This document shows positions 1 through 10,579 of a stretch of 64,000 nucleotides of DNA, piece by piece (position 1 is the first letter of the stretch; the number at the start of each line of letters is the position of its first letter). Source of the DNA: Opitutales bacterium (GTDB lineage: Bacteria > Verrucomicrobiota > Verrucomicrobiia > Opitutales > PNEW01); contig CBDANS010000006.1 of NCBI GenBank assembly GCA_965197745.1, positions 544,001 to 608,000 on the forward strand, given 5' to 3'. The position numbers were made by a program, and so were the translations under genes. The notes beneath the pieces were generated by a model that did no database searches, was not told the origin of the DNA, and was given only the letters and a program-made list of their open reading frames with translations.

Positions 1-2385
1 TCCATTGGCATTGGACTGGTAGTAACCATATTTAGTATCGCTAATGGATTTATCATCAGAGGTCTGCCCTTTGATGAACCCGATCGGCTTTTTCATTTGA
101 AATGGGCAAATGTAAAAAGTTACGCGCAAAATTTAAGAGATGATTTATTGATAAATACCTATGACCTCAATGATTTCCAGGAACAACAGACCACTTTTGA
201 AGGGCTTAGTGGATCCGATAATTCTACGATAAATATAAAAGGCGATGATTACGCACGGCGCTATAATGGTTGTTCAATCTCTACTAATTTTCTTGATCTG
301 CTTCGAACCAAACCCCTATTAGGGCGAGGGTTTTTTAAGGATGAAAACCTTCCTGGTGCCAATCCAGTAGTGATCATCGGTTATGGAATCTGGCAGAAAG
401 ACTTTTACGGGGCTGCTGACATTATTGGCCGATCGGTGCTTTTAAACAGTGTCGCACACACCATCGTTGGTGTGATGGATAAGGATTTTAAATTTCCTCT
501 AAGCGCGGCCCTTTGGTTCCCACGTCGCAAAGATTTTACGTCAGATACAAGAAAAAATAGTGGTAAGTTGAGTGTGTTTGGAAGGCTGAAAAACGGCGTC
601 ACCGTTGACGAAGCATTAACCGAACTAAACGGCATAGCCCACCGCTTGGAACAGGAATATCCCGAGAGCAATAAGGGTTATAATTCTCTCGAGATAAAAC
701 CTTATATTAAGGAATTTTTTGGTAAAGAGATGAATATATTGTTTATAACTATGCTTGTGGCTGCATTCATGGTGCTGCTCATTGCCTGCTCTAATGTAGC
801 GAATCTACTTTTTGCCAGATCGATCTTGCGCAGCAAGGAACTCGCCATACGCAGCGCATTAGGAGCACGCAGGAAAAGAATTATTACCCAAATTCTGACC
901 GAGAGTTTGATAATATCGATAATCGGTGCAATCGGCGGTTTTTTTATCGCCAATAGATCTTTAGAATTTTTGTGGAATTATTTTGTGGTCATTGTCCAGG
1001 GACAAAGTTTTCCCTCCTGGATAAACTTTGAACTGGATGGACTTGTCTTTATTTTTGTCATCGGTCTCACTATTATGACCGGTGTTATATCGGGTCTTGT
1101 GCCCGCGCTGCAGGCATCGAAAACGGATGTAAACCAATTACTGAAGGAAAATACTCACACAACCTCTAATTTGCGTTCGGGTCGATTCAGTAAGTTTTTA
1201 GTCATTGTGCAAATTGCCATGTCCTGTACGCTTCTTATCGGATCGGGACTGATGTTAAAATTGATGTTTAAGCTGAACGCCGTTGATCTACCTTATAATC
1301 CTGAAGCTATTTTACAGGCGCGCACGGCTTTATTCGACACGGACTATCCCAATGATAGTGATAAAATTTCATTTCTAAGAACGTATCTCAATAATCTCAG
1401 GGCTGTTCCAGGAATTGAGGCTGTTGCATTGACCACTTCACATAGTGAACCGATGGCATTCCCCAGGCGTATTATAATTGATGGGGTGAGCTATGCGTCA
1501 GAGGATGACTATCCACATGCTCAATTTGCGGGAATTTCTGATGGCTATTTTAATGTCTTTGGAGGTTCTATTTTAGAGGGACGCGCATTTAATCATACGG
1601 ACATTGCCGATTCTCAGCAGGTAGCGATTGTTAATACTATTTTTGCGGAAAAATATTGGCCGGATCAGAGTCTGATCGGTAAACAGTTTAAGGCAAAAGG
1701 CCCTGGAGAGAAACCCTGGTTAACCGTGGTGGGTGTTGCCCCGGACTTACAAATGGAAGGTTTTAATTCAGTGACTAACGATGGTTCGGGTTTTTATGTC
1801 CCCATGGCTCAGGAGACCACTTTTAACAGAAATATTACATCGCGTCATATGACGGTAGTTTTACGCAGTACGGGAGGAGATCCCATGAGCTTGTTACCCA
1901 CAGTACGTGCCGAACTGCAAAAATTAAATCCAAATCAACCCCTCTACGATATTAGAACCGTTCAAGGTGCGATCGATCTTTTTTCCAGGGGATTTAAATT
2001 CTTCTCCGGGCTTTTTATTACTTTTGGCATCACAGCATTTTTACTCGCGGCCATTGGCGTATATGGAGTCATGTCGTTTTCGGTAAATCAGCGAACCCAG
2101 GAAATGGGAATCCGAAAAGCAATGGGCGCTGAACCTCGCAATATTATCGCTATGATTATTAAGCAGAGCAGTGTTCAAATTGGTATTGGGGTTGTTTTAG
2201 GATTACTCTTTGCACTAGCTTTTTCCCGAGTTTTATTCAGCCTTATTGAAGATATTTCACCCAATGATATTACCGTCTATACAGTTGTAATCGCATTGAT
2301 CACACTCGTAGGACTATTTTCGGCTTGGTTACCGGCACGGGTAGCTGCTCGTGTAAACCCCATTGAAACATTGAGGTATGAATAA
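1..2385 (+). CDS. ABC transporter permease, duplicated MacB/FtsX-type (ADOP-like); 5' end lies outside the window
   Basis: Frame open from base 1 (SIGIGLVVTIFSIANG...). Contains LLIACSNVANL, ELAIRSALGA and EMGIRKAMGA motifs and ends ARVNPIETLRYE. Confidence 0.9.
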   Translation, partial: SIGIGLVVTIFSIANGFIIRGLPFDEPDRLFHLKWANVKSYAQNLRDDLLINTYDLNDFQEQQTTFEGLSGSDNSTINIKGDDYARRYNGCSISTNFLDLLRTKPLLGRGFFKDENLPGANPVVIIGYGIWQKDFYGAADIIGRSVLLNSVAHTIVGVMDKDFKFPLSAALWFPRRKDFTSDTRKNSGKLSVFGRLKNGVTVDEALTELNGIAHRLEQEYPESNKGYNSLEIKPYIKEFFGKEMNILFITMLVAAFMVLLIACSNVANLLFARSILRSKELAIRSALGARRKRIITQILTESLIISIIGAIGGFFIANRSLEFLWNYFVVIVQGQSFPSWINFELDGLVFIFVIGLTIMTGVISGLVPALQASKTDVNQLLKENTHTTSNLRSGRFSKFLVIVQIAMSCTLLIGSGLMLKLMFKLNAVDLPYNPEAILQARTALFDTDYPNDSDKISFLRTYLNNLRAVPGIEAVALTTSHSEPMAFPRRIIIDGVSYASEDDYPHAQFAGISDGYFNVFGGSILEGRAFNHTDIADSQQVAIVNTIFAEKYWPDQSLIGKQFKAKGPGEKPWLTVVGVAPDLQMEGFNSVTNDGSGFYVPMAQETTFNRNITSRHMTVVLRSTGGDPMSLLPTVRAELQKLNPNQPLYDIRTVQGAIDLFSRGFKFFSGLFITFGITAFLLAAIGVYGVMSFSVNQRTQEMGIRKAMGAEPRNIIAMIIKQSSVQIGIGVVLGLLFALAFSRVLFSLIEDISPNDITVYTVVIALITLVGLFSAWLPARVAARVNPIETLRYE

Positions 2386-2659
2386 GCGTGGTTAAGGTAA
2401 ATACTACTACTATTTATTGTTGTTATGGGTCATGTCTATAACAGATGATGCCTTTAGCACATCTTAAGGATTTTACGATATAGCTTTTGGTGACGATGGT
2501 TAAAAGGATATTCAGGTTCTATGAGGTGCAGTTGGAAGGTCCTACGGGAAAGACCTTTGAATTTAGACAATCAGAGTTTTGGCAAAAGCTCAAAATGATT
2601 CAATCACGTTAATATGGGAGTGTTCTTAAACGAACTCGTTGCCGTTGTGAGTGACACGG

Positions 2660-3210
2660 TTATACTGATCGATCACGGTATGAATACGGAAGGAAGCAGT
2701 TGTTGTTAACTGATCGATCCTAAAGTCCACAGACCTAGCGCTCCTGGGCAGCTGAAGCCACGGGAAGTATACTCGCGCTTGCCCACTGCTTCTGGCCGAT
2801 ACGTCCATCGGTGGGCATAAAGTCGCTGCAGGAATTGGTCTTGCCTAAACCATTACCGTCGATAATGGTCCCGAGTTTGCCGGCAAAGTAATGGATGAAT
2901 TGGCTTATGGCCATGGCATCGAGCTGGATTTATCCGGCCAGGCAAACCCGTAGAAAATGGCTATATTGAGGGCTTCAATGGACGCTTACGCGATGAACTT
3001 CTTAACACCGAGATATCTTGTACGCTGGGTGAAGCGAAAGAAAAACTTGAAGCTAGGCGGCTTGATGATAATACTCAAAGACCACACAGTTCTCTGGGCT
3101 ATCGGCCTCCGGCGCGAATACGCCCAGAGAGACATGTCTAAGCAAATCAAAACCCTTACCACCCTGCCGGAACTAACACTGGCTCTGGTATAGTAAACGG
3201 GTGCACGTCA
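2660..3210 (+). mobile_element. Degenerate IS3-family remnant (3' orfB plus right IR), related to the 4034-5305 element, internally rearranged
   Basis: ~2768-3210 matches the reverse complement of ~4034-4500 (DNGPEF region, IR ...gggtgcacgtca). ~2660-2765 matches ~4495-4595 in the same orientation. Confidence 0.8.
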
Positions 3211-4097
3211 TTGTGTCACAGGAATATTGGAATAATTACGCTCCAACTGAAGCGCTTCGGAATTGTGAGAATCCAGAAGACTACATTTACTATCTTTTAG
3301 TTTCTCAAACTCTCACGTCATTTCTGTCTAGTGTCGACTCTGTCCTTGACGTCGGTGGAGGTCCAGGCAGGTTCAGCCTGGATATCGCACCACATGTTAA
3401 AACAGTAGAACACATTGACTTTTCTCAGAAGATGCTCGACTTAGCGGTCAAAAAAGCCCGTAAGCTAGTAATTAAAAATATCAACTTCAAAAAAGTAGAT
3501 GCAAAAGACTTATCTCAATATTCCGACCAACAGTTTGATAAAGTTATTTCTATAAATACTCCAATTTCCTTCTCAGGACATGATTGGAAATTAGCTCTAA
3601 CTGAAATGTGCAGGGTTGCATCAAAAGCTGTTTTATTTACAGTATCAAATTTCATTTCAGCCTTCCCACGGTTGCTTGAAGTTTCACTAGAAAAGGACAT
3701 TGGATGGGACACCCTAGCAACTGAGTTATTTAACAATCATTTATTTGACAGAGAAAGAGGAAAGACTGTAGGTATCGATTTTCCATCGGTTCAATCGTTT
3801 CTCCCTGGAGAGATAGAACGAGAATTTTGGGATCTTGGTTTTCAGGTAAGGGATGTCCGAGGGTTAGCCATTCTATGTCGAATGATGAATCCTGAGCATT
3901 TAAAGACCATTATTAGTGATAAAAAACGGCTATCTTCTTTTCTCGAATATGAATCTATTCTCGCGACAGCGTATGGAAAGTGGGCACCATCACGTGAAAT
4001 TATGTTTATTGCTGAAAGAAAAGTTATAGGAAGTGACCTGCACCCGATTACTGTACCAGAGCCAGTGTTAGTTCCGGCAGGGTGGTATGGGTTTTAA
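3201..4097 (+). CDS. Class I SAM-dependent methyltransferase; both termini overlap IS ends, probably truncated
   Basis: [12 protein letters not shown] motif I. The GTG start lies in one IS IR and the C-terminus reads into another. Confidence 0.75.
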   Translation: MHVIVSQEYWNNYAPTEALRNCENPEDYIYYLLVSQTLTSFLSSVDSVLDVGGGPGRFSLDIAPHVKTVEHIDFSQKMLDLAVKKARKLVIKNINFKKVDAKDLSQYSDQQFDKVISINTPISFSGHDWKLALTEMCRVASKAVLFTVSNFISAFPRLLEVSLEKDIGWDTLATELFNNHLFDRERGKTVGIDFPSVQSFLPGEIEREFWDLGFQVRDVRGLAILCRMMNPEHLKTIISDKKRLSSFLEYESILATAYGKWAPSREIMFIAERKVIGSDLHPITVPEPVLVPAGWYGF

Positions 4098-4914
4098 TTT
4101 TCTTAGACATGGCTCTCTGGGCGTATTCGGCCGGAGGCCGATAGCCCAGAGAACTGTGTGGTCTTTGAGTATTATAATCAAGCCGCCAGGCTTCAAGTTT
4201 TTCTTTCGCTTCAGCGAGCGTACAAAATAGCTCGGTGTTAAGAAGTTCATCTCGTAAGCGTCCATTGAAGCTCTCAATATAACCATTCTCTACGGGTTTG
4301 CCTGGCCGGATAAAATCCAGCTTGATGCCATGGCCATAAGCCCATTCATCCAGTACTTTGCCGGCAAACTCGGGACCATTATCGACGGTAATGGTTTGGG
4401 GAAGACCGATTCCTTCAGCGGCTTTCGTCAGTGCTGCAGCGACTTTGCGCCCACCGATGGATGTATCGGCTAGAAGCAGTGGGCAAGCTCGGGTGTATTG
4501 ATCGACAACGGTGAGTATGCGGAAGGGGCGGCCGTTGGTCAGCCGATCGCTCATAAAGTCCATCGACCAGCGCTTCTGGGCAGCTGAAGCCGCAGGTAGT
4601 GAGACCCGCCTTTGCGCGGCACGCTTCTTTCGTTTCTTCGTGCGCACTTCCAGCCCTTCGGCCTTGTAGATACGATAAACGCGTTTCTTTCCTACCGTCC
4701 AGCCTTCCCGCTTTAATAACACCGTGATTCGCCGATACCCGTAGCGCACGCGCGCGGCGGCGAGGTCACGGATGCGCACGATCAGCGCACGTTCGTCCTT
4801 CTTCACAGGTTGGTAGTTATAACTCGACCAACACAACTGCATCAGCCTGCACGCCCGGCGTTTGCTCACCTCATAAGCTTCCACTAACCACTCAGCAATC
4901 ACCTTCTTGCGCAC
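4048..4914 (-). CDS. IS3-family transposase OrfB (rve/DDE)
   Basis: WSMDF, DNGPEF and [19 protein letters not shown] motifs. Confidence 0.93.
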   Translation of the reverse strand: MRKKVIAEWLVEAYEVSKRRACRLMQLCWSSYNYQPVKKDERALIVRIRDLAAARVRYGYRRITVLLKREGWTVGKKRVYRIYKAEGLEVRTKKRKKRAAQRRVSLPAASAAQKRWSMDFMSDRLTNGRPFRILTVVDQYTRACPLLLADTSIGGRKVAAALTKAAEGIGLPQTITVDNGPEFAGKVLDEWAYGHGIKLDFIRPGKPVENGYIESFNGRLRDELLNTELFCTLAEAKEKLEAWRLDYNTQRPHSSLGYRPPAEYAQRAMSKKIKTHTTLPELTLALVQ

Positions 4915-4919
4915 AGGCT

Positions 4920-5220
4920 TTACAACTTTTTTGAGATAACTTCCTGCAGCATATGCTTGTCCAGGCTTAGATCAGCCACCAGCTTCTTCAAACTAGTGTT
5001 CTCTTCGTCGAGTTGCTTCAGTCGTCTTAATTCGCTGATTCCCATGCCCGCGTATTTACCCTTCCAACCGTGGTAGGTCTGTTCGCTCACGCCTAACTCT
5101 CGACACACTTCGGCGATCCTTCGACCGCCTTCTACCTGCCTTAGGGCATAGATGATTTGTTCTTTATTATATCGTTTGTCAGGCCTTCTCGGCTGCGCCT
5201 CGTGAACCTTTGCTTTTCAT
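4920..5220 (-). pseudogene. IS3 OrfA (HTH) interrupted near its N-terminus
   Basis: ATG AAA AGC AAA GG, then an insert containing TGA, then the KRYNKEQIIYALRQ...CRELGVSEQTY frame. Confidence 0.8.
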
Positions 5221-5305
5221 GGATGGTTCTTTCTCTTATTTTTATTAGGTTTTCCACCCACGCCAGACTAAATCTTTCCTGGTCCAGTTTTACGGGGACA
5301 GGTCA

Positions 5306-5477
5306 AAGGGTGTTAATGGTTTTAGCTGCACTTGGGACAATCGTCTTCAGTCTCTCCCATAAATACACTGACAGCTATTACGCTGCGGCGGTTTTATGTA
5401 TGAGCTTTTCCCTCATCCTGTTTTTATTCTCATTGAAGATAAATAATCCCCAGGAAAAATTTGCACCTTCTCCATAA
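5306..5477 (+). pseudogene. C-terminal fragment of a membrane protein (MFS-like)
   Basis: Hydrophobic frame VLMVLAALGTIVFSLSHKYTDSYYAAAVLC...* begins at the IS end. Confidence 0.45.
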
Positions 5478-5507
5478 CTATTTTACCATTAAGTCTCTTT
5501 ATCAGCC

Positions 5508-6470
5508 ATGAAAGTTCTTTTTCTTCGCAACGCAGACAGGTTACATTTTTCTTATCGTTATCTGGTTGAATTTATTGACGGTCGTTATCCCATTGTAATT
5601 TACGATCCAAACAAACCGGCTGCTGATCAGTTTAAGGAGATTGAGGTAGTCATCGATACGGGAGGGGCCATAGGAACCCATGAGATGATGGACGCGGCTA
5701 AAGCAGCTGAAGTTAAACTATGGCAGGTTACGACCAACGGTCTCGACCATGTCGACACGGAATATATCTTGGGTAAAGGTCTGCTCCTCACCCACTCTCC
5801 GGGGCCCCTAACCGCTGTCCCTCTTGCAGAGCATGCGCTTCTTATGATTCTCTATTTCGCAAAAAACCTCAATCACAATCGCACCAAAGACTGGCATCGG
5901 GTGATGAACGATGAGCTCGAAGGAAAGACTTTGGGATTGGTCGGCTTCGGAGCAAGCGCGAAAGAATTGGCAAGACGGGCCCGGGCCCTGGGATTACGGA
6001 TCATAGCCATTGATAATAGAGATATTCCGCAGCATGAACTCGACGAATTTCATCTCGCCTTTCTTGGATACCCCGAAGATCTTGAAAAAATTCTGGTCGA
6101 GTCTGATTTCCTTTCTGTGCACGTTCCTTTAACCAAGCAAACGCGACACCTGATTGACCAGCACGCTTTCAGCGTAATGAAGGAAAAGGCGGTCCTGATC
6201 AATGTTGCGCGAGGAGAAATCGTTGACAATGATGCACTGATTGAGGCCCTGACAAGCGGTCGCATTAAAGGTGCGGGTATCGACGCATACGCCGAGGAAC
6301 CTTTGGCCCCGGAACATCCCCTTTTAAAGTTAGATAACGTTTTAACTACGCCGCATGTCGCTGGATTCACACAGGGGACGTGGCATCGACGCGCTAAAGC
6401 CGTCGCGGAGAATATTGATCGCTTAGCGAAAGGTTTATCTCCACGCAATCTAGTAAATCCACTGAGGTGA
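5508..6470 (+). CDS. D-isomer specific 2-hydroxyacid dehydrogenase
   Basis: GLVGFGA, HVPLT, INVARG and TPHVAG motifs. Confidence 0.92.
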   Translation: MKVLFLRNADRLHFSYRYLVEFIDGRYPIVIYDPNKPAADQFKEIEVVIDTGGAIGTHEMMDAAKAAEVKLWQVTTNGLDHVDTEYILGKGLLLTHSPGPLTAVPLAEHALLMILYFAKNLNHNRTKDWHRVMNDELEGKTLGLVGFGASAKELARRARALGLRIIAIDNRDIPQHELDEFHLAFLGYPEDLEKILVESDFLSVHVPLTKQTRHLIDQHAFSVMKEKAVLINVARGEIVDNDALIEALTSGRIKGAGIDAYAEEPLAPEHPLLKLDNVLTTPHVAGFTQGTWHRRAKAVAENIDRLAKGLSPRNLVNPLR

Positions 6471-6712
6471 CCCCCCCATGATTATAATTCAGTGAACACC
6501 CTGGTCGGCAGTTTCTGACTCTTGGGACTTGCGATGGGCTTCCAGAATTTTCTGCGTATCAGTCTTGGCCGGTGTGGCTTTAAATTAAAATTCGTTGCAA
6601 TATTATTGGGAGTTATTAGCCTTATGGTTTTGATATGGGGAATATCAATTAATAGACTTTCCCTTTATAAATTGCGAAATATGGTATAATTAACAGTCAA
6701 TTAAAGTAAAAA

Positions 6713-7630
6713 ATGCTTACCGCGCATCAACTCACGCACTTCAATACTTTCGGTTTCCTTCCCCTGCGAGGATTATTCAGCCCGGGTGAAATTGAAACCT
6801 TCAAGGAGGAATTCAAGTCTAAGCTGGAAACCACCCGGCGCTACACAGAACCTGAAGACACGCCTCCCCAGGTTATAAGCTGGACCAACCTGGGTGCGCA
6901 GACGCCCCTTCTCGCCACCTTGATCGAAGACCCGCGCATTGTAAGCATCGCAGAACAGATAATGGGGGAAGACTGCGTTGGAATATCCTGCAACTCGATC
7001 AGCTACGTCAATGATACTGCCTGGCATGCCGATGATTATAATTTTCATATGCACGATCTAAAATTCCTCTTCTACCTCCAACCGGTTGATGGGGATAGCG
7101 GCGCTTTGAGGGTGATTCCCGGATCCCATAAGAAAGCTTTTCATAAAGAAATAGCAAAGTATGACGGTCTCACGGGTTATGATGATGCAGAGAACCGCCT
7201 TGGAACAGAACGTATTAAAGAAGGACCAGCCTATATTTGCGACGTAGAACCGGGTGATGGATTTATCTTTGATTCCCATGTATGGCATGCCAGTTGTGGC
7301 GGATCGACGGATCGGCGCACGTTTTCCATCGTTTATTCTGGAAATCCAAAGAACGCAGAAGAAGGAAGGGCTCTAACGGAATATTTGCATATCACTAATG
7401 AAATCAGGACATCGATAGCCGAAAAAACTTTTGATTCTCCGTCTCCGGAATACCCGCTTGAATGGCTGGATAATCCTGAGCAGAATCCCAGGCGGCAGCG
7501 GTGGATAGATTGGCTGCATAAGTGGAGATTTACAGAGATCGCCCAGGGCACGCTAATCCCGGACGATTCGACCTTACAAACCGTAAAAGCATTTTCTGAT
7601 CCCTTTCGAGATACCCCGGCTGACGAATAG
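6713..7630 (+). CDS. Phytanoyl-CoA dioxygenase (PhyH) family Fe/2OG dioxygenase
   Basis: WHAD, GALRVIPGSHK and WHAS motifs. Confidence 0.88.
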   Translation: MLTAHQLTHFNTFGFLPLRGLFSPGEIETFKEEFKSKLETTRRYTEPEDTPPQVISWTNLGAQTPLLATLIEDPRIVSIAEQIMGEDCVGISCNSISYVNDTAWHADDYNFHMHDLKFLFYLQPVDGDSGALRVIPGSHKKAFHKEIAKYDGLTGYDDAENRLGTERIKEGPAYICDVEPGDGFIFDSHVWHASCGGSTDRRTFSIVYSGNPKNAEEGRALTEYLHITNEIRTSIAEKTFDSPSPEYPLEWLDNPEQNPRRQRWIDWLHKWRFTEIAQGTLIPDDSTLQTVKAFSDPFRDTPADE

Positions 7631-7721
7631 AGTCTGGTCGTGACCATTTATACCAACGATCTATAAGCAGATTTTTAAAAATCTCTGGCATTTAATTATA
7701 AAATAGCAGTTACATTTGCTT

Positions 7722-7758
7722 CCAGATTAATGGGAGAAGTAGACTCCCATTAATCTGG
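7722..7758. repeat. Perfect 15-bp inverted repeat (terminator-like hairpin)
   Basis: ccagattaatgggag-aagtaga-ctcccattaatctgg downstream of the PhyH gene. Confidence 0.7.
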
Positions 7759-7934
7759 TGTGAAAGGCCAGCTAAGACGATTACATATATCGCTCCAACG
7801 ATCCGACATCACAAAGCCAACCAATTCTTCTTTGGAGTATATTCCCATTGGTACACATTTTGAATTCTTATCTGCGCATTTCAAAGACTTTGAATTTGAC
7901 GCGATCAGATTTGCTTGATCATAGGTAACTGAGA

Positions 7935-8055
7935 GTGCAATGCCGGAGTATTGCTATGATCTGTTCTGTTGTGTATCTTTTTCTTTTCATTGAGGTTATC
8001 CGTTTATCCCGATAACCTCTCTCTGTAAATGATACGATTTTTGGGGGTCACTCCA
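7935..8055 (-). mobile_element. Left-end fragment of the IS3 type found at 20960-22309
   Basis: Reverse complement closely matches ~20960-21075 (gtgacccccaaaaa..cgtatcatttacagagagag..atgaaaagaaaaaga). Confidence 0.85.
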
Positions 8056-8735
8056 AGGGCTTCAGAATATCGACGAAGAAAACAGAATCAGCAGCATTGC
8101 AAGAGACTCTCGTTGCCGTTTTAGGCAATGATGTTCCAGGCGTTCAAAAACTGCTCGCTGATTATCTTCTGAAAATTGAAGCCCTGCAGATAGTCTTGGG
8201 AAAAACCATCTAAGCGCGGAGCGATAGCGTGGCGTTGTTGAATTAGCTCAGCAGGCATTGTCGTGTTCGTAGTGGGCTCTATACCGCTGGCGGAGATTCA
8301 GCAGCTTGACCCTGCCCACCGCTTCAAACCTGTAACCGATAAGAAGCCGTTGCTGGTGACTGCAATCGTTTGCCTGTCACGGAAACACTTAACCATTGGC
8401 TACAAAAATTCAATCAAATGCTGGGTGAAATAGTCTCCTAGGTAAACAAGAAACAGGACTGCACATACGCCGCTAAGAGGGACTGCCAGTATCGCTGTAA
8501 AAACTTCGAAAGCAACTACAGCGACCTGTCCACGGGTATGCCTCAAGAGGCCAAACACAGGAATCACGTGTAGGCGTGGGATTTCGTTTAGGACTACACC
8601 CAAAGTGGCGGCAAACTGCGTGTTTTCAGCATCATCGATGTACCGAGGAGCCGCAGGCGATGACACTCGAGCGAAGCGAAGACATAACCACGTGAATGCC
8701 ATATGCTTCATGCACACAGCGCGATCAAGGCAGCC
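8056..8735 (+). mobile_element. Heavily degenerate IS3-family remnant
   Basis: Decayed orfA end and orfB motifs (WDF-like, GGKLRVFSIID). Cut by the IS at 8736. Confidence 0.65.
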
Positions 8736-10070
8736 TGGTCGGGTTAAGCAAACTGGTCCACCGGGAGAGTTAGTCTGGAGAGGTTAATGTCGAAGTTAAG
8801 TGGGTAGAGGAAGACAAGGTTTGAGCGCGTAGACCGAATGGAGACCGAGCCTTCTGTATTGAGGTCTTCAGCAAAGCGCCGTGGGGTGATATTGCCGAGG
8901 CTGCTGATGGGGGGCGGACATGATGGTAAAGTCAGCACCAGTGCTCGATCACAACGCGTGCTTCGGTTAAAGTCCATAACTGTTCACGGTTTAAACACTC
9001 CTCGCGAAAACGGGCATGGAAAGATTCGATGTATCCGTTCTGCCAAGGACTTTCTGGTTCGATATAGAGGGTTCTTATTTTCATCGCAGCCAGCCAGGCT
9101 CGCAATTCCTTTTCAATGAATCGCTTCGCATGTCATCGCTTCGCTCCTCGGAACGCAACCGTTGTCGCTGCGAATATATTGTGGCGGTCCATGCCTCTCG
9201 ATCATTTTTTGCATGATACCGCGAACGGTTTCCGCGTTGATATGGCGATCGACATGGATGACCGGACATTCGCGGGTCTACTCGTCGAGGATGGTCAGCA
9301 TTTTGAGACTCCCACCGCGGACCGTTTTATCGTGGATAAAATCCCAGGTCCAAACATGGCCGGGATGTTCGGCTTTTGTCTGCAGGCCGGTGCAGACACC
9401 CCTGCGTCGGCGTCTTGGCTTGCGTTGGGGGATCGCCAAGCCCAGTTCACGTCGCAGACCTTGCACGAGACGTTTACCCACATGCCAGCCTTCGTCCTTC
9501 AACAGCTTCGTGATCTTGGGATAGCCCCACCTGGCGTATTGCCGTGATAACCGCCTTACTGCCGCCTTCAGTTTCGTTAGCCAGGCATCCGGATGCTTGG
9601 CCTTATACGCATAGGTGGAACGGTGCAGGTGAAAGTATCGGCACGCTGCACGCATCGAACACTGGCCCCGAGCCACAAGTCTCTCTGCCACTTGCCGCTT
9701 GTGCCCAGGGCTTACTACCGAGCGTAAGCGACATCTACCATTTTTTTTCGAGGGTCTCCTGCAGGATCTCTATCCCCAGCATCTTATCTGCCAGCATTCT
9801 TTTTAGCCGCACGTTCTCCTTCAAAGAGCTCTTTCATCCGCTTGGCCTGGTTGACATCAATCATTCCAAACTCACGCTTCCAGCGGGGGAAGGTCTGTTC
9901 GCTGACGTTGTTCTCCCGGCACACTTCCTGGATCGATTTACCCCTGTCTGCTTGCCGCAATATCCGTATCTTCTCTTCGGTGGTGTATTTTTTTGCCTTT
10001 CATTGTCTGAGTCCTTTCTAGGTTACCCAGACTAACTTTTCAAGTGTACCAGTTTTCGTGGTCACGACCA
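8736..10070 (-). mobile_element. IS3-family element, diverged copy of the 25271-26587 type, pseudogenised
   Basis: IRs tggtcgggttaagcaaactggtccac and ...ttttcgtggtcacgacca. OrfB fragment MAERLVARGQCS..., several frameshifts and two micro-insertions. Confidence 0.92.
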
Positions 10071-10330
10071 CCAGTGATGAAAATATACTCCAATGATATC
10101 CAGCTACAGATAATGATTTCATGGTAAATCACATTGATTATAATTACTAAGCTTCGAACTAAGCCGATAGACTTAATCAGAAGTAAGTAGTAATTTGTTG
10201 GTATTTTAAAAAATAGTCAAAATGATTGGACTGCTATGAGTCACAAGTCCCACCAGAACTTACCATCGTTTCGAGTTATTAGCACATATCGGTGTTGGCC
10301 ATTGAATGGTATACCACCCCGTCGGATCTA

Positions 10331-10415
10331 AAACTGACTTTGGTACAGTAAACGGGAGCAGGTCACACTCGGAATCTCTCTCACTTAAACTGGTACGAAT
10401 AACGGGGTCCGATCA
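10331..10415 (+). mobile_element. Two stacked IS3 right-end fragments from different families
   Basis: ggtacagtaaacgggagcaggtca (4034-type IR) followed by tctctcacttaaactggtacgaataacggggtccgatca (22309-type IR). Confidence 0.75.
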
Positions 10416-10579
10416 ATTCAGTAAAAACTCGATTCATTTAAAGGAAAATTACTTGTTTCAAGTCTTTGAATGTTTTAAATTGAACTTGATTGCAATATTA
10501 TTGGGAGTTATTAGCCTCTTGGTTTTGATATGGGGAATATCAGTTAATAAATAGTTTACTATAATAAAGGTGAAGACTG

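Larger units (their letters stand above)
4034..5305 (-). mobile_element. IS3-family element with orfA disrupted by a 30-nt insertion and orfB intact
   Basis: Terminal IRs tgacctgcacccg... and ...cggggacaggtca, AAG on both flanks (possible 3-bp TSD), A6G slippery site at the end of orfA, DDE orfB. Confidence 0.93.
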
